Source: Alcaligenaceae bacterium
GTDB lineage: Bacteria; Pseudomonadota; Gammaproteobacteria; Burkholderiales; Burkholderiaceae_B
Direction: 5' to 3'
Length of the DNA: 46,525 nt
Assembly: GCA_029267415.1 (NCBI GenBank)
Contig: JAJUIY010000001.1
Coordinates: 1 to 46,525, forward strand
The position numbers and the translations under genes were made by a program. The stretch's first letter is position 1; the number at the start of each line of letters is the position of its first letter. Below the pieces are notes generated by a model. It was not told the origin of the DNA. It saw only the letters and a list, made by a program, of their open reading frames with translations, and did no database searches. Shown piece by piece: positions 9,048 through 18,674 of this stretch.

Positions 9048-9934
9048 TATTGGAACTTCCCTATACGGCTGGGCGCACTGAAGTTCATCCAGATAAAGAA
9101 CGCACGTCCGACGATGTTTTCATCGGGAACAAAGCCCCAGTAGCGGCTGTCAAGGCTGTTGTCGCGGTTGTCGCCCATCGTGAAGTAATGCCCGTCAGGT
9201 ACCACACAGCGCACCCCGGCATTGCTGTAATCGCAGTTTTCCCGGAAGGGGAAGTCGGAAATAGCCATGAACTGCTGGCCGGCCCGGCGATTAAGGAGGA
9301 TATCGTGCGGCTGTTTGCCCAGTTGCTCGGTATATCTTGAAATATACACCCCGCGGTCCGGCTCGAAGTAATCGCCATTGCGCGTTTGCTCGATAGGCAC
9401 ATCGTTGATTGACAGTACCTTGTTGCGATACTGGACCACATCGCCCGGCACACCCACAACACGCTTGATGTAATCAACGCTTGGGTCAACCGGATAGCGA
9501 AACACCACCACATCCCCACGCTGGGGCTGCCCCACCTCGACGATTTTTTTATCGAGCACCGGCAGGCGTATGCCGTACTGGAACTTGTTTACCAGAATCA
9601 AGTCACCATTTTGCAAGGTGGGCAACATGGAGCCCGAAGGTATCCGGAAAGGTTCGACCACAAACGAGCGCAGCACAAACACAAACAAGATTACCGGAAA
9701 GAAACTGACGCCGTATTCGATCCACCACGGGGCCCGGTTAGCCTTGTCGTACGCTTCCTGGCGCACCTTGGCTGCCTGGGATGGGTCAATCCCCTGCACC
9801 GATGGCGCCACAGCCGCCATGGCCGCCACCGCCTTGGCGCGCCGGCGGGCCCGCAAATGAAAGAAATCAAAGGCCCAAATGGCCCCGGTCAGCACCAACA
9901 GTGAAAACAAAATCAGGGCGAAATCCCAGCTCAT
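9047..9934 (-). CDS. lepB: Signal peptidase I
   Basis: 295 aa. S26 boxes [17 protein letters not shown] and [16 protein letters not shown], with an N-terminal TM segment. Confidence 0.95.
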   Translation of the reverse strand: MSWDFALILFSLLVLTGAIWAFDFFHLRARRRAKAVAAMAAVAPSVQGIDPSQAAKVRQEAYDKANRAPWWIEYGVSFFPVILFVFVLRSFVVEPFRIPSGSMLPTLQNGDLILVNKFQYGIRLPVLDKKIVEVGQPQRGDVVVFRYPVDPSVDYIKRVVGVPGDVVQYRNKVLSINDVPIEQTRNGDYFEPDRGVYISRYTEQLGKQPHDILLNRRAGQQFMAISDFPFRENCDYSNAGVRCVVPDGHYFTMGDNRDNSLDSRYWGFVPDENIVGRAFFIWMNFSAPSRIGKFQ

Positions 9935-9962
9935 GGCAAGAACACCTTCTTATTATTCAAGA

Positions 9963-11756
9963 CTACTTATCCTCGACTTGCAGAATCGCCAGAAATGCTT
10001 CCTGCGGAATTTCGACGTTGCCCACTTGCTTCATGCGTTTCTTACCCGCTTTCTGACGTTCGAGCAGTTTTTTCTTGCGAGAAATATCGCCACCATAACA
10101 CTTGGCAAGTACGTTTTTACGCAGCGCCTTCACGTTTTCGCGGGCGATGACTTCAGACCCAATGGCCGCCTGAATGGCAATATCAAACATTTGGCGCGGA
10201 ATCAGGCCTCGCATTTTGGAGACCACCTCACGCCCGCGGTAACGCGCGCTTGAGCGGTGAACAATCATGGACAGGGCGTCGACCCGGTCGCCGTTGATCA
10301 GCACATCAACGCGCACCACATCGGCGTCCTGGTATTGGGTGAACTCGTAATCCATGGATGCGTAGCCGCGAGACACCGATTTAAGCCGGTCAAAAAAGTC
10401 CAGCACGATCTCGGCCAGCGGCATGTCGTACACCAGATGTACCTGCCGCCCGTGGTAGCTCATGTTGGTTTGAACGCCGCGCTTGGCCACACATAATGAC
10501 ATCACCGGCCCCACGTATTCTTGAGGCATAAACAGCGTGACCCGCACCATGGGCTCGCGGATTACTTCGATTTGGCCTACATCCGGCATGCGCGAGGGGC
10601 TTTCAACCATCACCACTTCGCCGTTGCGCTTTTCTACCTCGTAAATCACCGAGGGCGCAGTGGTGATGATATCCATGTCGAATTCGCGATCCAGGCGCTC
10701 TTGCACGATCTCCATGTGCAACAAGCCCAGAAAGCCGCATCGAAAACCAAAGCCCAGCGCTTGCGACACTTCGGGTTCGAACATCAGTGACGCGTCGTTA
10801 AGCTTCAGCTTTTCGAGCGAATCGCGCAGCTGATCGTAGTCGCTGTTCTCGACGGGGTAGATGCCGGCAAACACCTGGGGCTTCACCTCTTTGAAGCCCG
10901 GCAGCGGCGTGTCGGTGGGCTGATGTGCCAGAGTAATGGTGTCGCCCACTTTGGCGTCTTCAATGGTTTTGATACCGGCAATCACGAAACCGACGTTACC
11001 GGCGGTAAGCTCGGTACGCGGTTCGGACTTGGGCGTGAACACGCCGATATGTTCGACCGGATGCGTAGCGCCTGTGGCCATCAGCATAATGCGGTCTTTG
11101 GGACGCAACACGCCGTTGACAATACGCACCAGCATGACCACGCCGACGTAATTATCAAACCAGGAGTCGATAATAAGCGCCTGCAATGGGGCGTCAACGC
11201 TGCCTTGTGGCGGCGGAACCTGATGGACGATGGCTTCGAGGATGTCGTCAATGCCCATGCCTGTTTTGGCGCTGGCCAGAATCGCGTCGGACGCATCGAT
11301 CCCGATAACGTCCTCGATTTCTTCGCGGGCGCTGTCGGGGTCGGCCGAAGCAAGATCCATTTTGTTCAAGACGGGCAACACTTCGACGCCCAGATCGATC
11401 GCGGTGTAGCAGTTGGCCACCGTTTGCGCTTCCACGCCTTGCGATGCGTCGACCACCAGCAACGCTCCTTCGCAGGCGGACAAGGAGCGGCTGACTTCGT
11501 ACGAGAAGTCGACGTGGCCGGGGGTATCGATCAGATTGAGGGAATACTCTTTGCCGTCTTTTGCCTGATATTTAAGGGCGGCGGTTTGCGCCTTGATGGT
11601 GATGCCACGCTCGCGCTCAATATCCATTGAATCAAGCACCTGGCTTGACATCTCGCGGTCTTGCAACCCCCCGCATCGCTGGATAAGACGGTCGGCCAGC
11701 GTTGACTTCCCATGGTCGATATGGGCAATGATAGAAAAGTTACGAATGTGATCCAT
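9963..11756 (-). CDS. lepA: Elongation factor 4 (LepA)
   Basis: The ORF extends to 11810, but homology begins at [23 protein letters not shown] (ATG at 11756, giving 597 aa). GTPase motifs DTPGHVDF and NKMD are present, plus the LepA C-terminal region. Confidence 0.93.
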   Translation of the reverse strand: MDHIRNFSIIAHIDHGKSTLADRLIQRCGGLQDREMSSQVLDSMDIERERGITIKAQTAALKYQAKDGKEYSLNLIDTPGHVDFSYEVSRSLSACEGALLVVDASQGVEAQTVANCYTAIDLGVEVLPVLNKMDLASADPDSAREEIEDVIGIDASDAILASAKTGMGIDDILEAIVHQVPPPQGSVDAPLQALIIDSWFDNYVGVVMLVRIVNGVLRPKDRIMLMATGATHPVEHIGVFTPKSEPRTELTAGNVGFVIAGIKTIEDAKVGDTITLAHQPTDTPLPGFKEVKPQVFAGIYPVENSDYDQLRDSLEKLKLNDASLMFEPEVSQALGFGFRCGFLGLLHMEIVQERLDREFDMDIITTAPSVIYEVEKRNGEVVMVESPSRMPDVGQIEVIREPMVRVTLFMPQEYVGPVMSLCVAKRGVQTNMSYHGRQVHLVYDMPLAEIVLDFFDRLKSVSRGYASMDYEFTQYQDADVVRVDVLINGDRVDALSMIVHRSSARYRGREVVSKMRGLIPRQMFDIAIQAAIGSEVIARENVKALRKNVLAKCYGGDISRKKKLLERQKAGKKRMKQVGNVEIPQEAFLAILQVEDK

Positions 11757-11866
11757 AGACGGAATAAGCAGGCTTGGCCCGTGGCAGGCTGCCCCACTGC
11801 GGCAGTGCATTTACGGGAAACGGCGCTTGATTGGCGCCGCCGGCCCAAGCGGGATAATAAAACCAT

Positions 11867-11891
11867 AAAAAAGGAGCGCACACGGCGCCCC
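11867..11891 (-). terminator. Intrinsic terminator downstream of mucD/degP
   Basis: On the minus strand GGGGCGC-cgtgt-GCGCTCC (7 bp including one G-U) is followed by TTTTTT. It lies 37 nt after the mucD stop and upstream of lepA. Confidence 0.5.
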
Positions 11892-11927
11892 TTCTATGCC
11901 AGATGCATATTTTAACTGGTATGCGAA

Positions 11928-13409
11928 TTAATTTCGCGGTGTAAGCGCAACCCACTGCGACTGATTATTGCGCAATACCAGTACGGCTGCTGCACGAGAC
12001 GTATCAAGACCGGCCACGACCTTCGCATATTGGTCCGGGTCGGTGATGTCGACATCGTTGATCGTCAAAATGATGTCGCCTTCGGTAAGCCCGGCCGCTG
12101 CCGCTGGTCCTTCAACTTCGGTGACCCGCACGCCACCCTTGACGCCCGCACTGCTGCGCTGCTCTTGCGTGAGCGGCGCCACACGCAGGCCCAGCGCATC
12201 GACGGGGGCTGCTTCGCGCTCTTCAGGGGTGCGTGCCGCCGGCATCTCTTCGTCGTCGGTGATCAGCTCGTCAACTTCAATCTTGATCGACACAGACTTC
12301 CCTTTGCGCCAAACCTCCATGGTGGCCCGCGTACCCGGCTGGGTGGCCCCCACCAATCGCGGCAAGTCGGTCATGTGCTTGATCTCGGTGCCGTTGAAGT
12401 CAAGGATGACATCACCTGACAACACACCGGCTTTATCGGCAGGACCGCCCGGCTCGACACTGCTGACCAGGGCTCCACGGGCATCACCAATACCCAGGGC
12501 CTTGGCGACATCATCGGATACGGGGGTAATCTGCACGCCGATACGGCCGCGCGTCACCTTGCCTTTGTCTTTCAGTTGCTGCACAACCTGCATGGCTTCA
12601 TCAATGGGGATAGCCAGCGAAATGCCCATGAACCCACCACTTCGCGAGATGATTTGCGAGTTGACGCCCACCACTTCGCCGTTCAGATTGATGAGGGGGC
12701 CACCGGAGTTGCCCGGGTTGACGGCCACGTCTGTCTGAATGAACGGCAGGTAGTCACCCGTATCCCGGTTGATGGCACTAACAATACCGGCGGTGACCGT
12801 GGATTCGAGCCCAAATGGCGAACCGATGGCCAGTACCCATTGGCCCTTTTTGAGTGTGGCCGATTCGCCGATTTTCATGGGTTGCAGACCCTTGGCATCA
12901 ACTTTGATCAAAGCGATATCAGTGCGCGGATCGGTGCCCACGATTTCAGCGGTGTATTCCTTGCCGGACGCCAAGGTAACGAAAATACCGTTGGAGCGCG
13001 CCACCACGTGGTTGTTGGTAAGAATGTAGCCGTCGTCACTGATGATGAAGCCCGACCCCACCCCACGTGGCACCGTGCGCTCTTCTTCCATCGGCGGGGC
13101 ATTGCGGCGATCTGGCTCAGGGAAGCCGGGCGGCATGAAATCGGGCCCAAAGAACCAGCGGAACAAGTCATAAGGGTCGTTGCCGCGCGGGTTGCGATTG
13201 CGGATTCGGACAGCTTCGGTCGTGCGGATGTTCACGACAGACGCTTCCGTCTGTTCGACAATTTCGGTGAAATCAGGCAGTGCAAACGCCGGCGCTGCCG
13301 ACTGGGCGTGAGTGTTGCCACCTACCAAAACCAGCGACAACAACAGACCCATGAGCATGAGGACAACCCCCCGTTGCGGACTGCGTTGGAATGCGTACGT
13401 GGTATGCAT
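11928..13409 (-). CDS. mucD: Periplasmic serine endoprotease, DegP/DegQ/MucD family
   Basis: 493 aa. Signal peptide, trypsin-like domain (TNNHV..., GNSGGPL) and two PDZ domains. It is the last gene of the rpoE-rseA-rseB cluster. Confidence 0.9.
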   Translation of the reverse strand: MHTTYAFQRSPQRGVVLMLMGLLLSLVLVGGNTHAQSAAPAFALPDFTEIVEQTEASVVNIRTTEAVRIRNRNPRGNDPYDLFRWFFGPDFMPPGFPEPDRRNAPPMEEERTVPRGVGSGFIISDDGYILTNNHVVARSNGIFVTLASGKEYTAEIVGTDPRTDIALIKVDAKGLQPMKIGESATLKKGQWVLAIGSPFGLESTVTAGIVSAINRDTGDYLPFIQTDVAVNPGNSGGPLINLNGEVVGVNSQIISRSGGFMGISLAIPIDEAMQVVQQLKDKGKVTRGRIGVQITPVSDDVAKALGIGDARGALVSSVEPGGPADKAGVLSGDVILDFNGTEIKHMTDLPRLVGATQPGTRATMEVWRKGKSVSIKIEVDELITDDEEMPAARTPEEREAAPVDALGLRVAPLTQEQRSSAGVKGGVRVTEVEGPAAAAGLTEGDIILTINDVDITDPDQYAKVVAGLDTSRAAAVLVLRNNQSQWVALTPRN

Positions 13410-13440
13410 CGCGGTACTCCTTTATTGTAAGAATCGGGGC

Positions 13441-14451
13441 TTAACGGGCCAGCGGCACATATTCAATCCGCCCGGCAAGATCGCGCAGGGTTTCAGCAGG
13501 CACTTGCCCCAGCGCCGTCAACCAGAAATCGCCAATACGCTTGCGAAAGACGCTTAGCCCGGCCTTGTGTATTCCGCCTTGGCCCGACATCGAATGACGG
13601 TCAGGGTCAAACGGTTCAACAAAAATAGATATGGCCGCCAACCCATCAGACAAGACCAGATGGTTGACGCGGGCATCTGCACGCAATGGCCGTGACACCT
13701 GGGCGATAACATCAAAGCCGGGAGGCTGCGGTATGCGCCAGCCCATGTCAAACAAATTCACTGAATTCAGGTGGGCTTCCACTTCGGTCCATTCTGATGT
13801 GTCCCACGACGCGTTGACCTGGGCGGCCGCCGCGTCCTCGCCCATCACAAGGTTGGAAAACGCAACTTGGTCGATAATTTCGTTGGATGCACTGACGGTT
13901 TGTGCCTTCAAAAGCAAATGGCTGTCGGTATCTATGCACAAGATGTGCCCGTAGCGGTGTTCGTCACGGGGCTTGAGCACGAGCGGTTCGCAATCGCGCC
14001 CGGCAACCCGCTCGGGCAGGCCGGTTACCACCATGTCGTAATGCTCAGCAATTTGCTTGCCCTCGCCCACCAGGAAGGCCGGAAAGCGATCAACTGTGCG
14101 TGTTTCCTTGATCACCACCTTGCGTTCGGGAAGCAAGGTCAGGATGGTGTCGTTGTGGCGGATGTATTCGCGCGGCGCACCGTCAAGAATCTCGATACGC
14201 TCGCGTTCACCCGTGCCATCGACCAGATGCACCACCCGCGAAGAGATCATGACCACGCCTTGCTGATAGGTATAAATACCCGCGTAGTCCAGTTCGCGGG
14301 CCGCCGCTTGCATTTTTAGCAACAAACCCGCCTGCGCCGACGTGTCATTGTTGTCGGTAACGGTGGCATCAGCCCCATTGGTGGCGGACGTGGCCACTAC
14401 TGGCCATGCCAGCATCAGGAGCATCAGAACCTTGCCAAACCACTGTGTCAA
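13441..14451 (-). CDS. rseB: Sigma-E regulatory protein RseB/MucB
   Basis: 336 aa with a signal peptide and MucB/RseB-like sequence (LDYAGIYTYQQG...). Overlaps the anti-sigma gene by 4 nt. Confidence 0.85.
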   Translation of the reverse strand: MTQWFGKVLMLLMLAWPVVATSATNGADATVTDNNDTSAQAGLLLKMQAAARELDYAGIYTYQQGVVMISSRVVHLVDGTGERERIEILDGAPREYIRHNDTILTLLPERKVVIKETRTVDRFPAFLVGEGKQIAEHYDMVVTGLPERVAGRDCEPLVLKPRDEHRYGHILCIDTDSHLLLKAQTVSASNEIIDQVAFSNLVMGEDAAAAQVNASWDTSEWTEVEAHLNSVNLFDMGWRIPQPPGFDVIAQVSRPLRADARVNHLVLSDGLAAISIFVEPFDPDRHSMSGQGGIHKAGLSVFRKRIGDFWLTALGQVPAETLRDLAGRIEYVPLAR

Positions 14452-14960
14452 GGCTGCACCCCTGTGCCATAGGACACCAGACGCACCGGCACGACACCCA
14501 CCAGCCCTTCATGGGCATCCAGATAATCGTGCAAGGCGGTGTCGTCAGTGGGTTCGGCAGCCGCTAGCTGTGCGGCCGGCAACGGCTGTAATTCGAGGGC
14601 CGGATCACCCGCGAAACGGGGCACCACCACCCATGCCACGGCCGCCACGGCCGCGGCTACCGCCAGCCCCGACACCCTGGCACGCCACCGCGGCCGCTTA
14701 AGGGCGCGCGGGGCCAATACCGTGGGTTCGTCGTCGATCGCCCGGGAAAGGCGAGCGTAGAACATGGGTGAAGGCTTGATGGCCAGATCTTCATTGCGCA
14801 AGACGTCGCCAATCAGGTGGTACGTTTCCCAGACCTGTCGGCCATACGGCGTGTCAAGGTCTTCGGCGCGAATCTCGTCTTCGCCGTCCACCCACGCGGA
14901 CACGGCCGCTTCCCAGGAAGCGGTATCGGCGTCATGCTCGTTTTTGCGAACAACATGCAT
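14448..14960 (-). CDS. rseA: Anti-sigma-E factor RseA/MucA-like
   Basis: 170 aa. RseA N-terminal pattern (SAWVDGEDE...WETYHLIGDVLR), one central TM segment (LAVAAAVAAVAWVVV), located directly after rpoE. Confidence 0.75.
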   Translation of the reverse strand: MHVVRKNEHDADTASWEAAVSAWVDGEDEIRAEDLDTPYGRQVWETYHLIGDVLRNEDLAIKPSPMFYARLSRAIDDEPTVLAPRALKRPRWRARVSGLAVAAAVAAVAWVVVPRFAGDPALELQPLPAAQLAAAEPTDDTALHDYLDAHEGLVGVVPVRLVSYGTGVQP

Positions 14961-14972
14961 AGCTTTGTGCTC

Positions 14973-15578
14973 CTACCAACGGCGTTCCGGGTCAGTGTCT
15001 AGCACGGGGCGCAGTTTTGTAGCAATGGCATCGCGCGCACGAAAAATTCGGGAGCGCACGGTGCCGATGGGACACCCCATACTTTGGGCAATATCTTCGT
15101 AACTCATGCCTTCGATTTCGCGCAGCAAGATAGCCACGCGCAATTCGTCGGGTAATTCGTCGATGGCGGCGTTGATGGTTGCGGCCACTTGCTTGCTGGC
15201 CAACACCGCATCCGGCGTGTTGATGTCTGTTAGGTTATCAATTTGCTCAAAAGTTTCACCGTCTTCGTTAACAAATCCGTCGACCGTCTGAGGCCGTCGG
15301 CTTTGCGACACGTGCCAGTTGCGCGCGGTATTGATGGCGATGCGGTAAAGCCACGTATAAAACGCGCTTTCGCCCCTGAATTGTGGCAGCGCACGATACG
15401 CTTTGATGAAGGCCTCTTGCGTGACATCTTCGATATCGGCCGGGCTGCGCAGCAACCGGGCCAGCAGCCGCATGATGCGACGCTGGTACTTCAGCACCAG
15501 CAAGTCGAACGCGCGTTTGTCGCCACGCTGTACGCGTGCAACAAGATCAGCATCGACGTCACGCCGGGTTTGTGACAC
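14973..15578 (-). CDS. rpoE: ECF RNA polymerase sigma factor RpoE (sigma-24)
   Basis: 201 aa with a GTG start. Region 2 (LVARVQRGDKRAFDLLVLKYQRRI..., FYTWLYRIAINTA) and region 4 (MSYEDIAQSMGCPIGTVRSRIFRAR). Confidence 0.95.
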   Translation of the reverse strand: MSQTRRDVDADLVARVQRGDKRAFDLLVLKYQRRIMRLLARLLRSPADIEDVTQEAFIKAYRALPQFRGESAFYTWLYRIAINTARNWHVSQSRRPQTVDGFVNEDGETFEQIDNLTDINTPDAVLASKQVAATINAAIDELPDELRVAILLREIEGMSYEDIAQSMGCPIGTVRSRIFRARDAIATKLRPVLDTDPERRW

Positions 15579-16120
15579 TACCGCACCTCTGCTTCTGACG
15601 GTGGCGTTACCATGGCAAGTTCACACGCCACCCATACGCGCAAATTGTGCCACGCCACAGGGGAAACATTGGCACGCCATACCGTAACGGTGATGAGATC
15701 AGGCTGCCCAAACACACGAATGCGCAGCGTAATCCAGCCCCAACCATACCAGACGTGCTGCAAACTGCCATCCGACACCTTGGTGCCGGCGTGCACCTGC
15801 CAATGACCCATTGCGGGGCGATGAAGTTCATTGTTATAGGGTGCCCCACGCGCGTTCGGGCGTGCTTCACGGTTGTTATCGACTTCCGCACCGGTGTTCT
15901 GCACCAACGCAGATGGCCTATCCGCGTGGCGCAAAACAAGACGGCGTGCCATGCCCGCAAGCATTACGCACGCCGTTACCCACCACACCGGCTGCATGCC
16001 GACCCGCAGCCACATAAAGTGCAGCAACACGGCTAGCGCAACAACACCCATCAGGTTTGCCAGCAGGCGGACCTTGCGGGGTTGCTCCAATGGCCAGCAG
16101 GCGTGCTTGGCAGCCGTCAC
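15578..16120 (-). CDS. Hypothetical two-TM membrane protein, translationally coupled to rpoE (possible YgfX/CptA-like)
   Basis: A 180-codon ORF exactly fills the fabF-rpoE spacer. Its GTG lies 6 nt after the fabF stop, and its TAG overlaps the rpoE GTG (TAGTG). It has two hydrophobic helices followed by a Trp-rich C-terminal domain. No Shine-Dalgarno is visible, so the start is uncertain (an alternative ATG is at codon 24). Confidence 0.55.
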   Translation of the reverse strand: MTAAKHACWPLEQPRKVRLLANLMGVVALAVLLHFMWLRVGMQPVWWVTACVMLAGMARRLVLRHADRPSALVQNTGAEVDNNREARPNARGAPYNNELHRPAMGHWQVHAGTKVSDGSLQHVWYGWGWITLRIRVFGQPDLITVTVWRANVSPVAWHNLRVWVACELAMVTPPSEAEVR

Positions 16121-16126
16121 CGTAAG

Positions 16127-17356
16127 TTAAACCTTGCGCACGACCATGGACCCGTTGGTTCCGCCAAAGCCGAAGGAGTTGGACAGTGCGGCATTGATGG
16201 TCATGTCACGGGCCTCGTTGGCGCAATAGTCCAGATCGCACTCGGGATCCACATTGAAGATATTGATGGTTGGCGGCGAAACTTGATGGTAGACGGCGAG
16301 CGTAGTAAAGACCGCCTCAATACCGCCGGCCGCACCCAGCAAGTGCCCGGTCATGGACTTCGTGGAGTTGACCACCAGTTTGTGGGCATGATCACCAAAG
16401 GCAAGCTTGAGCGCCTTGGTTTCGTTGATGTCACCCAGCGGTGTGGAGGTGCCATGTGCGTTGACATAGTCGATGTCGTCGGGGTTGAAGCCGCCGTCTT
16501 TAAGGGCAGCAACCATGCCGCGACGCGGTCCGTCCTGGTCTGGCGATGTGATGTGATGCGCGTCGGAGCTCATGCCATAACCGGCAAATTCACCATAGAT
16601 ACGCGCGCCGCGCTTGCGGGCGTGCTCGTATTCTTCAAGCACCAGCACCCCGGCGCCCTCGCCCAGCACAAAGCCATCCCGGTCGATGTCCCAGGGGCGG
16701 GAGGCCGTGGTGGGGTCGTCATTGCGCGTGGACAGCGCACGCATGGCCGCAAACCCGCCAATGCCCAGCGGCGACACGGTGGATTCTGCACCACCGGCCA
16801 CCATGACATCGGCGTCACCATATGCGATCAGACGCGCTGCATCGCCAATGGAATGCAGACCGGTGGTACACGCGGACACCACAGCGTAGCTGGGCCCCTT
16901 CAGGCCGTGCATGATGGACAGCTGCCCGGACACCAGGTTAACCAGCGATGCCGGCACAAAGAATGGCGAAATGCGGCGCGGGCCGCGCTCCAGATAGTCT
17001 TTCTGGGTTTCTTCGATACGCGGCAAGCCGCCGATACCCGAACCCACAATAACGCCAATGCGCTCTGCATTGGCTTCAGTCACGTCCAGGCCAGAATCGC
17101 GCAATGCCTGGGTACCGGCCGCCACACCATAATGGATAAAGGTATCCATTTGCTTGGCTTCTTTGGCGGACATGTACTGCGTGACATCAAAATCCTTGAC
17201 CTCACCCGCAATCTGGGCGTTTAGGGCTTCGGGATCAAAGCGCGTGATGCGGCCGATACCGGAGCGCCCATTGACGATATTGTCCCATGCGCTGTCAATA
17301 TCGTTGCCCACCGGCGAAACAATACCCAGGCCGGTAATGACGACACGTCGTTTCAC
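16127..17356 (-). CDS. fabF: 3-oxoacyl-ACP synthase II
   Basis: 409 aa. KAS II sequence (MKRRVVITGLGIVSPVGN..., active-site ACTTG, NSFGFGGTNGS). Confidence 0.95.
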   Translation of the reverse strand: MKRRVVITGLGIVSPVGNDIDSAWDNIVNGRSGIGRITRFDPEALNAQIAGEVKDFDVTQYMSAKEAKQMDTFIHYGVAAGTQALRDSGLDVTEANAERIGVIVGSGIGGLPRIEETQKDYLERGPRRISPFFVPASLVNLVSGQLSIMHGLKGPSYAVVSACTTGLHSIGDAARLIAYGDADVMVAGGAESTVSPLGIGGFAAMRALSTRNDDPTTASRPWDIDRDGFVLGEGAGVLVLEEYEHARKRGARIYGEFAGYGMSSDAHHITSPDQDGPRRGMVAALKDGGFNPDDIDYVNAHGTSTPLGDINETKALKLAFGDHAHKLVVNSTKSMTGHLLGAAGGIEAVFTTLAVYHQVSPPTINIFNVDPECDLDYCANEARDMTINAALSNSFGFGGTNGSMVVRKV

Positions 17357-17503
17357 GGATGACTCCTAAAAAATGAAAAAGCGGTCCCAGAAGGCCAGGC
17401 TCGCCGCCATCCGACCCCTGAAGGCCGGACCCGACAGCGACGTCACCCCTGAAAACCGCTTGCGGGCGCACGCTCGAAATGAGTACACCCGGTATATTGA
17501 AAG

Positions 17504-17743
17504 TTAGGCTTTGCTGTTTTCGTTGATGTAATCAACAGCTTGCTGAACCGTCGTGATTTTCTCGGCCTCTTCGTCCGGAATTTCGGTTTCAAATTCGTCT
17601 TCGAGTGCCATCACGAGCTCGACCATATCGAGCGAGTCGGCACCGAGGTCGTCAAGGAATGAAGATTCGTTTTTGATCTCGGCTTCGTTTACGCCAAGTT
17701 GTTCAGCGACTATCTTCTTGACGCGCTGTTCGATGCTTTCCAT
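17504..17743 (-). CDS. acpP: Acyl carrier protein
   Basis: 79 aa from the ATG at 17743, preceded by GGAGA. It carries the phosphopantetheine site [16 protein letters not shown]. The ORF track begins at an upstream TTG. Confidence 0.95.
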   Translation of the reverse strand: MESIEQRVKKIVAEQLGVNEAEIKNESSFLDDLGADSLDMVELVMALEDEFETEIPDEEAEKITTVQQAVDYINENSKA

Positions 17744-17924
17744 GCAGATCTCCAAGTAGGGAAAAATTCCCGCGAATTATAGCCAAACACTACGGTTTTG
17801 GAAGTTGGCTATGACAAAAAAATAGCGTTACCGCGACAATGCGTGATCAGAAACCAGGCCAAACACCGCGCGGAACACCCTGTAAAAAACCAAATTTTAC
17901 CCCAGACACGCTGTGCTGTTGTAA

Positions 17925-18668
17925 TCACATATACATGCCGCCATTGACATGCAGTGTGGTGCCCGTAATGTAGCCGGCCCCGGGGCCGGCTAAAAACGCC
18001 ACAGCTTGGGCAATGTCAGTAGCCGAACCCAGACGTCCCATGGGGATTTGCGACAAAATCGCCGCTGTTTGCGTTTCGTTGAGCGCCCGGGTCATGTCGG
18101 TTTCAATAAAACCTGGGGCCACGCAATTTACCGTAACGTTGCGGCTGCCGAGTTCGCGAGCCAACGCACGCGACAGGCCAGCCACACCCGCTTTGGCTGC
18201 GGCATAGTTGGTTTGGCCCGGGTTGCCGCTTGCACCCACCACCGACGTGATGTTGATAATGCGTCCCCAGCGCGCCCTCATCATATTGCGAGTGACGGCG
18301 CGCGAAAGCCGGAATACGGCCGTCAGGTTGGTGTCGATCACCGCCTGCCAGTCGTCGTCTTTGAGACGCATAATCAGGCTGTCGCGCGTGATGCCGGCGT
18401 TGTTCACCAGAATATGAGGGCCGTTATCCTGATTGCCCAGCTCGGCGACGAGGTCATCGCAGGCTTGCGCATCGTTAACATCCAGAACAACGCCCCGGCC
18501 ACCGGTGCTTTCCAGTGTCTCGGTGATTGACTGCGCGCCGGCTTCCGAAGTTGCCGTACCAACTACCGTGGCACCACGAGCGGCCAGTTCTTGAGCAATG
18601 GCCTTGCCAATTCCACGTGTGGCGCCGGTGATCAGCGCAACCTTGCCCTGAAGTTCTTGTTCTTGCAT
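17925..18668 (-). CDS. fabG: 3-oxoacyl-ACP reductase
   Basis: 247 aa SDR. TGATRGIG cofactor motif and YAAAKAG catalytic motif, in the fab cluster. Confidence 0.95.
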   Translation of the reverse strand: MQEQELQGKVALITGATRGIGKAIAQELAARGATVVGTATSEAGAQSITETLESTGGRGVVLDVNDAQACDDLVAELGNQDNGPHILVNNAGITRDSLIMRLKDDDWQAVIDTNLTAVFRLSRAVTRNMMRARWGRIINITSVVGASGNPGQTNYAAAKAGVAGLSRALARELGSRNVTVNCVAPGFIETDMTRALNETQTAAILSQIPMGRLGSATDIAQAVAFLAGPGAGYITGTTLHVNGGMYM

Positions 18669-18674
18669 GAATGC

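Noticed and set aside
15594-15829. Sigma-E-like promoter motifs upstream of rpoE, on the minus strand. One is GAACTT-N18-TCAGA (15622-15594). The other is GAACTT-N17-TCATT (15829-15802).
   Set aside because: The first has a spacer about 2 nt longer than the GGAACTT-N16-TCAAA consensus I recall, and its start site would fall within the SD. The second has a poor -10 element. Neither is convincing without mapping, so they are noted only as candidates for the autoregulatory promoter.
16082-17224. A 380-aa plus-strand ORF opposite fabF. Similar long antisense ORFs occur at 19939-21186 (fabH/plsX), 32485-33510 (trpB), 34645-35640 (relA), 25774-26682 (rluC), 12576-13430 (mucD), 10923-11630 (lepA) and 37767-38480 (pncB).
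   Set aside because: Each lies fully within a strongly supported housekeeping gene on the other strand. They have low-complexity R/G/H/A-rich composition and no family signatures. I treat them as GC-bias artefacts.
17357-17503. The acpP-fabF spacer, with direct CCCCTGAA and GAAGGCC repeats and a 7-bp long-range complement (AAGCGGT/ACCGCTT).
   Set aside because: The matches are short and imperfect, at a level expected by chance. No clear terminator or known RNA motif could be supported by eye.
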